Part shown: positions 48,790 through 64,000 of the stretch, in pieces | How the letters are laid out: every line of letters begins with the position of its first letter | Position numbering within the stretch: position 1 is the first letter of the stretch | Assembly (NCBI GenBank): GCA_002269645.1 | Contig: NIVC01000591.1 | Span: forward strand, 310,001 to 374,000 | DNA length: 64,000 nt | From: Macrostomum lignano | Taxonomy: Eukaryota | Reading direction: 5' to 3' | Notes under the pieces: model-generated | The model's database searches: none | What the model was told of the DNA's origin: nothing | What the model saw: only the letters and a program-made list of their open reading frames with translations | Program-made: the position numbers and the translations under genes

Positions 48790-51700
48790 ATGTTGACACC
48801 AAAGGACTTGCAATTCAATAAAGATCTAAGAAAATATGAGCCAAGTCAATACGGCAAAATATTTCTTAGAAACAAGCTACGATCCAGCAGCCATTTATAT
48901 GTCAAATCACTTAGTCAGCACACTGGTTCAGTCAATGCTATCGAGTTTGACAGCAAAAATGAATTTCTTGCTAGTGGTAAGTGCTTATAATATTTTTAAT
49001 GACCCTTCACCCCAACCCTACAGTACAAGCTTTAATTCTTAACTCTTGTCTTAGTCTAGAATTTAATCTTGATCTCGCACAAATACTAAACCTTCATCTT
49101 ACTACACAGTGACTAAGCCTATCCCTACATCCCCACCCTGCACCCTATCCCTACATCCCCACCCTGCACCTCATCCCTACATCCCCACCCTGCACCCTAT
49201 CCCTACATCCCCACCCTGCACCCTATCCCTACATCCCCACCCTGCACCCTATCCCTACATCCCCACCCTGCACCCTATCCCTACATCCCCACCCTGCACC
49301 CTATCCCTACATCCCCACCCTGCACCTCATCCCTACATCCCCACCCTGCACCTCATCCCTACATCCCCACCCTGCACCCTATCCCTACATCCCCACCCTG
49401 CACCTCATCCCTACATCCCCACCCTGCACCCTATCCCTACATCCCCACCCTGCACCCTATCCCTACATCCCCACCCTGCACCCTATCCCTACATCCCCAC
49501 CCTGCACCCTATCCCTACATCCCCACCCTGCACCCTATCCCTACATCCCCACCCTGCACCCTATCCCTACATCCCCACCCTGCACCTCATCCCTACATCC
49601 CCACCCTGCACCTCATCCCTACATCCCCACCCTGCACCCTATCCCTACATCCCCACCCTGCACCCTATCCCTACATCCCCACCCTGCACCCTATCCCTAC
49701 ATCCCCACCCTGCACCTCATCCCTACATCCCCACCCTGCACCTCATTCCTACATCCCCAACTTCCCCCAGGCGGAGATGACACCTCAATCATTCTGTGGA
49801 ACATCGAGCGCGACATTCTGGTGGCCGACAGCAGCAGCAGCAGCCAGTCGTCGCCAACTCGCATGTCGGAGCGACACATGTCGAACATATTCGCTCTGCA
49901 GTTCGACTGCCAATCTCGCTCGCTGATCTCAGCCGGAAATGATGGGATAATTTTCCTGCACGACCTCTGCACTGGCCAGCTGATCAGGGGCATGGTTCGA
50001 ACCCGGTCCGTGCTGGGACTGTCCTCGCATCCCTGCAACCCGGCTGTGCTTGCTGCCGCTTTTAGCGACGGCCGGGTCATTCAGTACGACACCAGAGCTG
50101 CTGAGCGACCTCCGGCTATGCCTATTCTCACCGACTGCCTGATGGCCACCTGTGTAGCCTATCATCCAACTGACGAGCACCTGGTGATGGCGGCAACCGC
50201 CGACACCGGGGTCTGTCTGGTCGATGTCAGACAGCCGATGCAGCTTTGTAAAATTGTGGAAAGAGCCGCTGCTAGGAATGGAGGTTTGTTTGTTTGTTTG
50301 GTATTCCCATCCCAGTAATTCATTGATCGATTAGACATGAATTAGGCACTGATTAGAGATCGATTAGACTTGAATTAGGCACTGATTAGAGATCGATTCG
50401 ACACGAATTAGGCACCAATTATGCGATTCATTAGACACTAATTAAGCAAGTTATAATACCATCTATCATTCTCATCTTCCGCAGACAGCTGCTCATTAAA
50501 CGCCTGCTTTGATTCGACCGGCTCCTCAGCGCTGGTCGTAGGCCGCTGCCGCTGCCCGGCTCTGTACAGCCTGACAACCCCGGACCAGCGGGACTTCGAC
50601 TCTGCCAGCCAGATCGCCTTATTCGACGATGCCAACTATTACAGCTCCTGCACCAGCAAGTCCTGCTGCTTTGCCGGCCCTGACGACGCTTTTGTAGCTA
50701 CGGGCAGCGATTCCTGTCAGGCGTTGCTATGGCAACGGCCTAGCGGATTAGATAATCCGGCCATTAGAGATCATGCGGTGCGCGGTAGAGGAGTGGCTCA
50801 GGTTGACAAGGCCTGTCTGACTCTGACTGGGCATCAGTCTATTGTTAATCAGGTTTGGCTCTATTTAATTTCTAAGTTAATTTCTCTGTATCATTTCATC
50901 CTTTCACCAGTGCCCTCCACCGTTGCTAAGAATTGCTCTCAGCCATCTCAGAATCGCCAGTCACCATCTCAGAATCGCCCTTCAACATCTCAGAATCGCC
51001 CTTCACCATCTCAGAATCGCCCTTCACCATCTCAGATTCACTCTTCATCATTTCAGAATCGCCCTTCACTATCTCAGAATCGCCATTCACCATCTCAGAA
51101 TCGCCCTTCACCATCTCAGAATCGCCCTTCACCATCTCAGAAACGCCCTTTATCATCTCAAAATCGCCATTCACCATCTCAGAATCGCCCTTTATCATCT
51201 CAGAATCGCCATTCACCATCTCAGAATCTCCAGTTACCATCTCAAAATCGCCCTTAACCATCTCAGATTCGTCTTTAACCAACTCAGAATCCCTATTCAC
51301 CATTTCATAATCGCCATTTCATAATCACATGGAACCCACTCCGAACCCCTGCAGGTTCGGTACTGCCCCAGATTCGGTCTGATCGCCAGCTCCGGCGTTG
51401 ACCTCACAGTTCGAGTTTGGTCGCCCTTCTCTCTCGGGCCGGACTTCTCAGGCGGGGTGAATCCGTGCGACGCGCCACCGCAGCGCCAGGTGCACACGCA
51501 CTCCGAGTTTCTGAGCGGTGGGGTTGGCGGCTTCCTCGGCTCGGGCGCCGGCAACGGGCCGGCCTATCGCTCAGCCAAGGAGAAGCTGTTGTCGGCTTAT
51601 TTCGACTCGCTATTACAAAAAGACGTCTGCTCCTCAAACAAGAGTTCGAATTTTTCCGAGTCTTCATCGTCATCATCCGCCTCGTCATCGGATGAGGAGC

Positions 51701-52746
51701 CGGCATTGTCCGGCAGTCAACGAGCTCGGTTGTTGACTAAGCGTAGAAAGTCAAGCCGGCTGGAGCGAATTCGGCCGCATCTTCCCGACTGGTGGATGCA
51801 GAACAGCGAGTCGGATGACTCAGACAGTCACCTGAGTAGCAGTAGCAGCAACAGCGGAGAAGAGCATCCCGGACGACGTCAAAGTCGGTCTTCATCAGCA
51901 GCAGCAGATGATGATGACGGGTGCCTGCATAGTTATTCGAAACGCCGAAGAGGCATTGTCGAACAGCAGCAACAGCGAACACGCCGCCGCGGTCCCTGCG
52001 GCTGTCGGGTCCGGCAGTTTCGCGCCGATGCCCCGGCAGGCGACTGTCTCGATCGGGACGCACAGCTGGCAAGGCTCAGGCAGCTGATCCGCGATGTGCA
52101 CCAGCGAATTGGCGGGGCCGAGGCTGCCGCCGCAACCGCCGGTCCAGTTGTTGCCTCTTCGAGTTCGTTTAACCCGCTGCTCACCCTGCGTCCGGCTTCA
52201 ATGCGTCAGCTGATTTCTGTGGCCAGACTGTTGCACCATCGAGGCGCCATGCCGTCTGCAGCTCCCAACCAGCTGCTCCTGCCCGGCTCCGCCCGGCTGC
52301 TCAACCTTGTAGCCGACGCTCGGACCTATCCCTGCCTCAGCTGGCGATGTCACCGCAGGTTCATTCGCCAGTCTCTGTGCACCTTTGCTTTCGTGCTGTA
52401 CTCAGACTGCAAGTCGGTGGCTGATGTGCTCTGGCCAGGTGCCGCGCTGCCGCCTCCGCCGCCGCCGCCGCTGCCGCCTCCGTCGATGTCTTCTGACTCT
52501 GCATCGTCAGCGTCAGCTTCTTCTGAAACGGCATCGGATGATGAGCATGAGCAACCAGATGTTGACGGTCTCGGCCACGGACAGAGCATGACAGTGGCTC
52601 GCCTGCTGCAGATGCCGCTGGTGTTCTTTAGCGAGGACGACGAGAATGATGGCGATGATGCGGACAGCCGGTCATCTACCGAGTCCTCGTCAGCGAATTC
52701 AGCTGATGGAAACCGTCCACAGGGTCGGGGAGGAGCTGCCTATTGA
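48790..52746 (+). CDS. DCAF5: DDB1- and CUL4-associated factor 5 (WDR22), WD40 protein. Exons 48790-48976, 49771-50283, 50485-50852, 51355-52746
   Basis: DCAF5-type motifs HTGSVNAIEF..LASGGDD, H.SNIFALQF..ISAGND, YYSSCTSKSCCFAG..VATGSD, LTGHQSIVNQVRY..IASSGVD..VRVWSP, then a low-complexity acidic tail. Phase-compatible GT-AG junctions. Confidence 0.88.
49120..49760. repeat. 26-bp minisatellite (CCACCCTGCACCCTATCCCTACATCC) in DCAF5 intron 1
   Basis: Tandem units running up to the acceptor. Confidence 0.96.
50940..51320. repeat. 21-bp minisatellite (TCTCAGAATCGCCCTTCACCA) in DCAF5 intron 3
   Basis: Tandem units. Confidence 0.93.
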
Positions 52747-53034
52747 ATCTTATTATAGTTACATGTAGTAGAGGACACTGCAACACCTTGTTTCTTAGAA
52801 ACAGGTTTTTTTGTTATCGAAAGCCGATCATTTGAGACATAAGTAGCTGACCTTGTCTGTATTTATTTCTTTATTGATATTTCCAATAAATTTTCATTGT
52901 TAGCCAAAAGTCTAGTCCAGACCACACGGGCCACTGACCAGTCTGCCCATTTCGCTGACTACTGACCACACACATACACGCTCACACAGGGTGTACACAA
53001 GGACTACTTAAGTGGAAAAACGAAGAACCTTGCA

Positions 53035-53200
53035 TTTCTTGGAAAAGTTTTAGCAGGCAGGTTTTTTCATTTTTTCAGCACAAAAATTGTTATTGCTTTC
53101 CATAGGACGCAGACCTAATGTTCATATTTTGATATTCATAAAGGTTTAGGAAATTGGGATTCACATTTCCTGTACCTGAAAATCATGAAAATGCAATTTA
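53035..53200 (+). mobile_element. Partial copy of the foldback arm seen at 33244-33857
   Basis: Shared TTTTTCAG.ACAAAAA.TGTTATTGCTTTC.ATAGGA.GCAGACC.AATGTTCAT. Confidence 0.6.
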
Positions 53201-54459
53201 TCAACTCTGTTTCACATATTGCTTCACAGTCAGCCAAGAATGACAAAATAGAGTCATAAAACCGATACGTCTTGGATCATTGGATCATTGGATCTGCTTT
53301 TTAATAAGGCGTTCTCATTAATTTTGTACGTATCTGTTCACCTACCACGTCTGGCATTACCAGATATTCGACGTAGAGAGCCCAGATGAGAGCCCCAAAT
53401 TGGTAATTTTGTATTTGAACGCGCGTTATCATCTTCGATTGACTTTCGGTCTTTCTGCTAGCTTAAATATATGCAAATAAAGCTACATCGACTAATTCAA
53501 AACTTTGTTAGTAAGATATTGCGAATGTGAGAATTATTTGCTTTCATACTTTGTAAGGCTTTTTGTTTTTTTGCCTGTATTTGTGCATTTTCAATACATG
53601 AATTCAATACATTTTCAGTACAATAAATGGTGCACATGCAAATTTAATGCTGCAAAAAAGCTTGATAGTGCATTTACATGTAAATATCGCCCGCGGCAGA
53701 ATTAATGACATGTAGAAAGATTAGCGTAATATTAAGGGTTAGAGTTAAAATTTTACTTAATTAAATATTGCTAGCAATGGCTACTGTAAGTAGCTGCATA
53801 TTAGAATTAAATCAATTTGTTTTTTGCTATCGATCATTGCATTCGCAGCACCAAGTTGTGCAGTTCTCGAAATCATTTTTACACAAAAAACTATTGAATT
53901 TAGAACATTTTCAACAGACTACTATAAGGTTGAAATTCAGTAGAAAGTAGGGCATATTGTGTGTAAAAAGCAGCATGGAAAACAGCGAAATTTCAATATT
54001 GTACTTTTAATTGATAATCGTAGCAGCATAGAGGCATGATAGACTGGAATAAATTTACAAAATAAAACAATTCTGGTAGGTGCTACCACGCCTGGAGATT
54101 GCGAGCCTACCAATTTGCCGGGAATTGTACATCGATTGATCCATCAAAGATTTGAGTGCTGACTTAAAAATCAACATGGATAATGAAAGCGGTACATGTG
54201 GTTTGCAGCAGATACAAGACAACAGCAGCTCGTAGACGACTTTGCTACTACAAAATCAAGTCATAAATTGTGATACTAAGCTCTGTTATTAAATTTACAT
54301 TGCTCTTTATCCTTGGAAAGACTGATTAAATTACACGTGTGAGTTGGTTTAGAAACTGCTGTGTGGAGATCGCATGTAATATTATTAGTTTGATTTATCA
54401 TAGCGGACGCATTATGACTCTGTTTGGGGCAACAAAATCGAATTAATTTTGCTTGTAAA

Positions 54460-54713
54460 TCAAGCGTAGAACTCCCGGCTGGGCGCCTTCTCGTAGGCGA
54501 TCGTGTTAGCTGCGGCTTTCTTAGCCGGGTCCAATGAATAGGAGCCTTCGTCTGCTTTGCGAATTCGATAAACGCAGAATACTATTAGTAGGATAATTAG
54601 CGCCAGGGCGCCGATTCCGCCGCCGACTATGGCGCCAAGAATGGCTGGCGTTGGGGCGAAACCGCCAGAGCCGCTAACTGAACTCTCAGCACTTGGCGTT
54701 GTGTCGGACATGC
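54460..54713 (-). CDS. SDC: Syndecan, terminal exon (juxtamembrane, transmembrane and cytoplasmic domains)
   Basis: TM helix with GxxxG (GAIVGGGIG), C1 RIRKADEGSY and C2 EFYA-stop. Acceptor CTTGCAG at 54714-54720. Upstream exons not identified. Confidence 0.9.
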
Positions 54714-56629
54714 CTGCAAGTAGGGTTGGAGAGAGTGAGGTAGATGTAAAATTTCTTTTTGAGAGGATGGGATATTAGATAGTGTGAGGCAGTAGTAATA
54801 AAGTCATTCTTTTATTGGAATCGACGTTTAGAGTGGTCAGGACAATAAACCAGATTCAGCGGGCTGGCGGTATAGTCTGGGTGTGATAAGAGAATTGACG
54901 ATTTCAGCGGCTGGCTTTGGGGAGTGAGGTGGGTGTTTAATTGATTGTGATAAAAGCTCATTTCAGACAGTGAGCATTCAGGAGGAGTGGGAAAGTTTAG
55001 GGTTGATATTTTGATAACGCTGGAGCGAGGCGATTTAAAGGACTGTTGGGGTTTAACTTTAAAGTGACCGTGAGGGAGTGAGGTGGCTGTTTAATTGGGG
55101 TAAATAGAAGTCTTATTCTTATTGGACAGAAGTTCTGACGGAGCGGGGTGGCTGTTAAGTTGAGTTGAACACAATCACGCGGTTTTAGGACTGGTTTTTT
55201 AAGTGGCAATAGGGAGTGAAGTGGCTGTAAAAGGCGGAGTGAGGTTGTTGTAAATGGGACCGCTGCCGAGAGAAGGCGATTAAGAAAAAATACAAGATTG
55301 TCTCATGCAGCTACATGTACTCTTTTTGAATTAATTTAAAAGCAGTCAAATTAAATTACCTTGTTTTAGATTTTTTGCATCAGACGGCTGAAATGAAAGA
55401 GTGATTTAAAAGAGAATATTAAGTCGCATTTTAGTTTTTATTGGGCGTATAAATAGTCGCACTATATAAGTGCATATTCAATTAGTTTCTCGTTTCCAGA
55501 AATGCAGCTGCTTGCAAGGAAGCGTTTAACCAGCTGCTGCAGTCTAAAAGCTCTTTTTTCGATTAAATGCGTCGTAAATCCTTCAGTTTGCATTCGCATT
55601 CTGCGATCCCCCCTCAGCAAGAGCTCGCATTGATAATTCCATGTTTCCGCGATAGCTATCCCGGAGGAAAAAAAAACTGGTGCATGCAGCTGATCGCTGA
55701 GCCATAAAATCCTGCTCCCAAATCCCTAAAAAGCGGAGGGGGATTATAGAAAAGGCCAGGGCAGGCCCGGTTGGTTGGGAATATATCGGCGAGATGGGGA
55801 TCAACTCTGCAGAGAAGCTTTCTGACGTTCGACATTTATAGCGCTGTGATATTAGCCTAAAACGTTTGCCAGTCGGAATAGCAGTTTTAGGGAGGGCACA
55901 AATTATGCACTTTCTGCTTCCTGCGACTCATTTTTGTTTGCTGAAAAGCCGTCAGTTAGTTTTGACAACTTGCGGTTGCGACTGTAAGACTTGCTAATTC
56001 TATTTTATAACCCAGTATAATGAAGAGATTAAGGGGCTACTCAAGTATATTCTTTTTCAGTAAAACCTGCTTCCTAAAATTTTCCAAGAAACGCAGTTTT
56101 TCGTCCTACTTGAACTTGAGTAGTCTTTGGAAGAGATAAGAACCATTAGCCATTAGCTGGCAGCCAATCAGAAGGAAGCGCATTTCATCACATCTCAAGC
56201 AAGTATTCGCCATTGGACGGGCCAGTTATCACGTGACATTTCTCATCCAATGGCTATTTAATTGCGATTCCATTAACTCTAAGGTCATTCGCGCATACAA
56301 AGAGTAGCTAAAAATAGAAACAGCTTGATTTTCAGGCAAAAAGTGAACCTCCGTCCATCTTCATGTCGATTCCGAATTCTATTTCAAGCCGCCCTATTCG
56401 ATTAGCTTCCAGGTCGGCGAGCATTCCTATTTCCTACCCTCAAATCAGACCTCAGTAGCGAGCAGAGGCGAGGCTAACTAAATATTGCCTAGAGCGACAA
56501 TGATACCTCATGATACAGTGCATCTAGCGATTCTAATTATACTATAGAAAATAGTTCATACTTATATAATTTTCTTTCATAATTCATTTTTCCTATCTTT
56601 AACTGTGTGATACCGACTGAAGCGTCTTT

Positions 56630-57880
56630 GTAACTCATCTCTGTAACTCTCCAGTGTCTCATCTCTGTAACTCTCCAGTGCCTCATCTCTATAACTGTCC
56701 CGTGTCTCATCTCTACAACTGTCCCGTGTCTCATCTCTATAACTGTCACGTGTCTCATCTCTACAACTGTCCCGTGTCTCATCTCTACAACTGTCCCGTG
56801 TCTCATCTCTGTAACTCTCGGACCGTGTCTCATCTCTATAACTCTCCCGTGTCTCATCTCTGTAACTCTCCGGTGTTCACCTCTGCAACTCTCCCGTGTC
56901 TCATCTCTGTAACTCTCGGACCGTGTCTCATCTCTACAACTGTCCCGCGTCTCATCTCTATAACTCTCCCGTGTCTCATGTCTGTAACTCTCCCGTGTCT
57001 CATCTCTGCAACTCTCCCGTGTCTGATCTCTATAACTATCCCGTGTCTCATCTCTGCAACTCTCCCGTGTCTCATCTCTATAACTGTCCCGTGTCTCATC
57101 TCTGTAACTCTCGGACCGTGTCTCATCTCTATAACTCTCCCGTGTCTCATCTCTGTAACTCTCCCGTGTTCACCTCTGCAACTCTCCCGTGTCTCATCTC
57201 TGTAACTCTCGGACCGTGTCTCATCTCTACAACTGTCCCGCGTCTCATCTCTATAACTCTCCCGTGTCTCATGTCTGTAACTCTCCCGTGTCTCATCTCT
57301 GCAACTCTCCCGTGTCTGATCTCTACAACTGTCCCGTGTCTCATCTCTGCAACTCTCCCGTGTCTCATCTCTATAACTGTCCCGTGTCTCATCTCTGTAA
57401 CTCTCCAGTGTCTTATCTCTGTAACTCTCCCGTGTCTCATCTCTGTAACTCTCCCGTGTCTCATCTCTGTAACTCTCCAGTGTCTCATCTCTGTAACTCT
57501 CCAGTCTCTCATCTCTGCAACTCTCCCGTGTCTCATCTCTGTAACTCTCCCGTGTCTCATCTCTGTAACTCTCCAGTGTCTCATCTCTGTAACTCTCCAG
57601 TGTCTCATCTCTGTAACTCTCCAGTGTCTCATCTCTGTAACTCTCCAGTGTCTCATCTCTGTAACTCTCCAGTGTCTCATCTCTGTAACTCTCCAGTGTC
57701 TCATCTCTGTAACTCTCCAGTGTCTCATCTCTGTAACTCTCGGACCGTGTCTCATCTCTACAACTGTCCCGTGTCTCATCTCTGTAACTCTCCAGTGTCT
57801 CATCTCTACAACTGTCCCGTGTCTCATCTCTGTAACTCTCCCGTGTCTCATCTCTGTAATTCTCGGACCGTGTCTCACCT
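56630..57880. repeat. 24-bp minisatellite (GTGTCTCATCTCTGTAACTCTCCC) with block duplication
   Basis: Tandem units. A ~293-bp block is repeated (56896 vs 57189). Confidence 0.96.
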
Positions 57881-58179
57881 CTCTTGTCTATAACTTCAAA
57901 GAGTTTTTCTTTTACTCGCAACCTGTTAGACTATAGTTCACTCGCTAGGATGGAACAGAGATGCATAGGCGCATGCAGTTAAATTTATGACACAATTGTA
58001 GAGCCATGCAAAAGGGTATAACAGTCATATATTAGCCAAAAACAGTAAGTGATAATTAGCTTCTCCCCTAAGTAATTTTCTGTTGCTAACAGCTGTCCAA
58101 AATAGTGCATGCCGGTCTATAACCTTCTACTTATATGACTATACTAATGCGTTCTGCGTGACCTCTCCGTATTTCCAGA

Positions 58180-58755
58180 CCAGAATTCTCAAAGTCTCAA
58201 TTAGGATTCTCAAAGTCTCAATTAGGATTCTCAAAGTCTCAATTAGGATTCTCAAAGTCTCAATTAGGATTCTCAAAGTCTCAATTAGGATTCTCAAAGT
58301 CTCAATTAGGATTCTCAAAGTCTCAATTAGGATTCTCAAAGTCTCAATTAGGATTCTCAAAGTCTCAATTAGGATTCTCAAAGTCTCAATTAGGATTCTC
58401 AAAGTCTCAATTAGGATTCTCAAAGTCTCAATTAGGATTCTCAAAGTCTCAATTAGGATTCTCAAAGTCTCAATTAGGATTCTCAAAGTCTCAATTAGGA
58501 TTCTCAAAGTCTCAAGTAGGATTCTCAAAGTCTCAATTAGGATTCTCAAAGTCTCAATTAGGATTCTCAAAGTCTCAATTAGGATTCTCAAAGTCTCAAT
58601 CAGAACTCTTAGAATCTCAACCAGGATTCTCAAAATATCAACCAGAATTCTCAAAATCTCAACCAGAATTGTCAAAATGTCTACCATAATTCTCAGAATC
58701 TCAATCAGAACTCTCAAAATCTCAACCGAATCTCTCAAAATCTCAACCAGAATTC
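58180..58755. repeat. 21-bp minisatellite (ATTCTCAAAGTCTCAATTAGG)
   Basis: Homogeneous left part, degenerate right part. Confidence 0.96.
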
Positions 58756-59371
58756 TCCATCTAAATCTTAACTCGTATTAAAATCTTTTAAAAAATTTTA
58801 CGTGCAAATCAATCCTCAGCATATTCAACTTTCAGAACATTTAGGCTCCCCATTCGGATGGTAAATTCGCATATCTGTAATTCTTGTTTGCTTTGCTTAT
58901 TCTTCAAACACGTACATTGCTGCCCGGCAAGACTTCATACATTTGCATTCATAGCCTAACAGTAATAAAAGGGCACTGCCCCTATATATCAACGAGCAAA
59001 AAACTTCTGTCTACGAAAAAGAAGGTAAAAATCCAATGCTGAAAAATAGGAAGAAATAGAAGTTAATTTTGCTGTTTGGGCAGCTGGGGAGTTATGAAGC
59101 GAGATAAAGAATGAGGCAGATTTTAGAAGCAGAAATTAAGGAACTGGAAGGGGCTCGCTGATTGACTAGCAACACCTGGCGTGATTGTAGCGATGTAGTG
59201 CGGCTGTTTGATGCAGCGAGTGGCTCGCTGCTGCCGCTGCTACAGACAGCTGGGTTGAGGAGCTGCTGATTTTCTAGGAAAAGTAGCCGAATGTTGAGTG
59301 ATGGGTTGTGTTTGTGTGGCTTCCACGGGCTAATCCCATGTGTAAACAGGTCAGGGAAGAGTTAAAAGATG

Positions 59372-61035
<1,664 letters not shown>

Positions 61036-62371
61036 GATATCCTTTCTATCCTTCCTAATGATATTTTGGTGTGCGAAAAAGGAGATTAGCAAGCTAGATT
61101 AGAATTGAGAACTGCACTCGATGAAGCGGAGGATTAACAACAGCTGAATGTGTTGAATCCTGATTGACTGAGGAAAGGATTCTCAGGCGGCAGCTGCGGT
61201 GCTTCGTCAGACGGTCTAGTGGAAAAATCTAACAAATTTGTACTGAAATCTAGGCCTGCCTGTGGTGCTTATTTGTATAAAAAAAGTTGAATGCATAATT
61301 CCGCACTTACTTAGCCGAATGCAGTTCCTGCAGACACAATTCACAATTGTCTTTACTTCAACTTTTTCTGTCTGCTGCTGGCTTTATAGAAGTTGTTTGA
61401 AGTTCTTTAAAAAAGGCGGGTTGACCTGTCTCCTGTCAGTGGCCTTAGGTTGGTGAGGAGATTAAGTAGAAAATATACAATCGACAGCAGTTCGACAGCT
61501 TGCAGGGCAAACTCGGTTTGGTTGGTTGGTTGCGTTTAACTCTGGCGTGTATATGAATTGATTTAGTTTCGTGGTTTTTTCCTTACTTAGTGGAGCAAAA
61601 CTGGCCTATAGGCTGAGGGGATGACGTTTTGTACAGGGTTGGGGAAGCGACCAGGGGAAGAGAGGGAGCGAGAGAGAGGGTAGATAATTAAGGGAAGAAA
61701 GAAGGAGTGTACAGCACTGTGTGGTGGACAGGGAATTTCAAGTCGGTTGGTCTAGAAGACTGCACACATTCCTGCAGGGGATAAATACTCAGTGAGGGGA
61801 GAACAGGGGTAGAGAGGCTACCGGCCGCGTTCAAGCCTCAAGGCAAGTCTTGGCCAGCTCTCAAAACGGAAAGCTTTGTAGACCGAAGCTATGTTTAATC
61901 GCGTTTTAATATTTAAAGCCGCCAATTAAAGGCGCACTCGTCCCTCTGCCCGTGTCTTTTGTCTGGGACTTACTCGTAATTCTATGTAGAAAAACCTCTA
62001 TGCCCCTCTGTGTATGCAAAACCATTCGGTGTATTACCCGCGGCAACAACTGGTTTTGTCCATTTCCAAATACTCGCTCAGCTATACCAAAACTGTACAA
62101 GCAGCTATATGGCAAGAGGACCAGGTGCTTTGAATAGGGCGCAGTTGCAGCACTTGGCTAGAAGATCACAAGCTGTTTTACGCCTCTAATAATGCATTCA
62201 TTGCTGCTTAATTGCCTTGCAGTCCGCTATGGTTCTCGTGTTAAAATAAATTAATGCTTAAGCAAAGAAACCTTAAACTGCTTTAAGATTCCTAAAATGC
62301 GTTTTAAACTTCATAAACTCCTAAAAGCCTAAACTTCAAACTTTCGTTGAAATTTACGTTCTTATGCTTTT

Positions 62372-62875
62372 AAAGATCCCACAAACTTGATGATTCCCAA
62401 GCCTAAAGACCCACAAACTTGATGATTCCCAAGCTTAAAGACCCAAAAACTTGATGATTCCCAAGTTTAAAAATACCACAATCTTGATGATTCCCAAGCT
62501 TAAAAATACCACAAACTTGATGATTCCCAAGCTTAAAGACCCACAAACTTGATGATTCCCAAGCTTAAAGACCCACAAACTTGATGATTCCCAAGCTTAA
62601 AGACCCAAAAACTTGATGATTCCCAAGCCTAAAGATCCGACAAACTTGATGATTCCCAAGCCTAAAGACCCACAAACTTGATGATTCCCAAGCCTAAAGA
62701 TCCCAAAAACTTGATGATTCCCAAGCTTAAAGATCCCAAAAACTTGATGATTCCCAAGCTTAAAGATCCCAAAAACTTGATGATTCCCAAGCTTAAAGAC
62801 CCACAAACTTGATGATTACCAAGCTTTAAGACCCAAGAACTTGATTCCCAAGCTTAAAGATCCACAAACTTGATG
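62372..62875. repeat. 32/33-bp minisatellite (TTAAAGACCCACAAACTTGATGATTCCCAAGC)
   Basis: About 15 tandem units. Confidence 0.95.
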
Positions 62876-64000
62876 TTCCTATTTAAGCTACTTTAAGTAG
62901 GAAGTAGGCGCACGTAATGACAAAGTAATTGTGAATTGAAACGAGATTTTGAGTTAACAAGACACTGCACGTGACATTTTGCTTAACGTCGATGAAACTT
63001 CCGATTCAATAGCACATATACTCGTGGTCTACTGGTTTAAATTGGTCTCAGTGGATAAGTGAAACTCTGAGGGCTCGTGACTCCTATTTGTGCGATTATA
63101 GTATAGTTTTTACCTCGAGAAAGTTTTGCAGTTAACGTCGAAGAGAGACCCTGGTATAGGGAATTGCGAACCATTTGCATGACTCGCCGAAAGGTACGCC
63201 GTGGTCGCTCCCACTTGCCGGCAAGCCGGACGAAAGTGGTTCGCTCTCGAAGTCAAAATCGGCAATCCTGAACCTAATATACAACCGCTTTATCGTACGT
63301 AATGAGATTCTGACGGTCTGGAAAAAAATCCCTGATCTTTCACCGGCTGAGAGAAAGCTCCACAGGATGACGGAGCGTCTTATCGCCCGAAATTCTTCCT
63401 CCCGCCTCTTCCTATAAGTCTGAAGAAGATCCTTGGTAAGCAGCATCCGGTAACCGACTTTGGCCTGACCGCTTGCAAACTCCCAACCTGTGGCGACTTG
63501 GCTTTCGATCGCACCATTCAACCGCGACAGCTCCCTCTACAACTGGTCGAGTAGATGGTCGGCGCCATCGACCTGCGGATGGCCTTCGAAAATGCTCTCC
63601 GACATTTACCGAGTCCGACTTATCAAACCAAATTAAGACTTTAACCTCGTACATCCTTGGTCCGCGGGATCTACATGTATGGACCAATCCGATTGAGGTA
63701 TAGCCACGTTTATCTCGCTAAGTTTATAACAAAAGTGAGCTCTTAGGTTGAGTACAAGGCACATTGCCTTGAGATAAGCATGAAGAACTTCATGACTGAC
63801 GCATCGCAGCCGGTGAAAATCAGCTTGTTTTTTAGGAACACCTGCAGAATTTCACAGCTCTCAATTGTTCTCTTTTGATGGAAGTTTGTCAATTACGAGC
63901 TATATTAAATATGAGCAGAAAGAATCTGCAGCGACAAAAACCCAGCCGGCGGCTAAATCCAGTGATGTAAATCAGAGCCTCCTTATTAGCCACGCCACCT

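Noticed and set aside
54997-55262. Possible upstream syndecan exon after a good acceptor at ~55263 (also candidates near 59150-59270 and 61100-61240)
   Set aside because: Stops or incompatible phase with the terminal exon, and no convincing donor, so the model cannot be supported.
63132-63703. 129-aa minus-strand ORF and neighbours
   Set aside because: An upstream in-frame stop, no recognisable domain and no splice support. Left unannotated.

Overview
Eukaryotic (metazoan) genomic DNA with GT-AG introns, GC-rich exons and introns packed with 15-33 bp minisatellites. This style suggests the flatworm Macrostomum lignano (inference). Left part: a partial unknown ORF on the minus strand, divergent from a 19-exon SPAG17/PF6 ciliary central-pair gene (1831-22512, +). 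Centre: a head-to-head pair of paralogous ~2000-aa HELZ2-like proteins (copy A 23841-32548, minus; copy B 35607-42545, plus). Each fuses an intact RNase II/R (RNB) exoribonuclease to a single UPF1-like SF1B helicase. The two copies are near-identical over the catalytic cores and one intron but strongly diverged elsewhere, which points to gene conversion. Copy A carries a 2.2-kb solo LTR in intron 4. Right part: a hAT MITE, a decayed DIRS/Ngaro-type retroelement with a SAP-gag, a DD37D (maT) transposase remnant, a 4-exon DCAF5/WDR22 gene (48790-52746, +), the last exon of a syndecan (minus), and several mini/microsatellite arrays. Most long ORFs in the supplied track are artefacts of tandem repeats.
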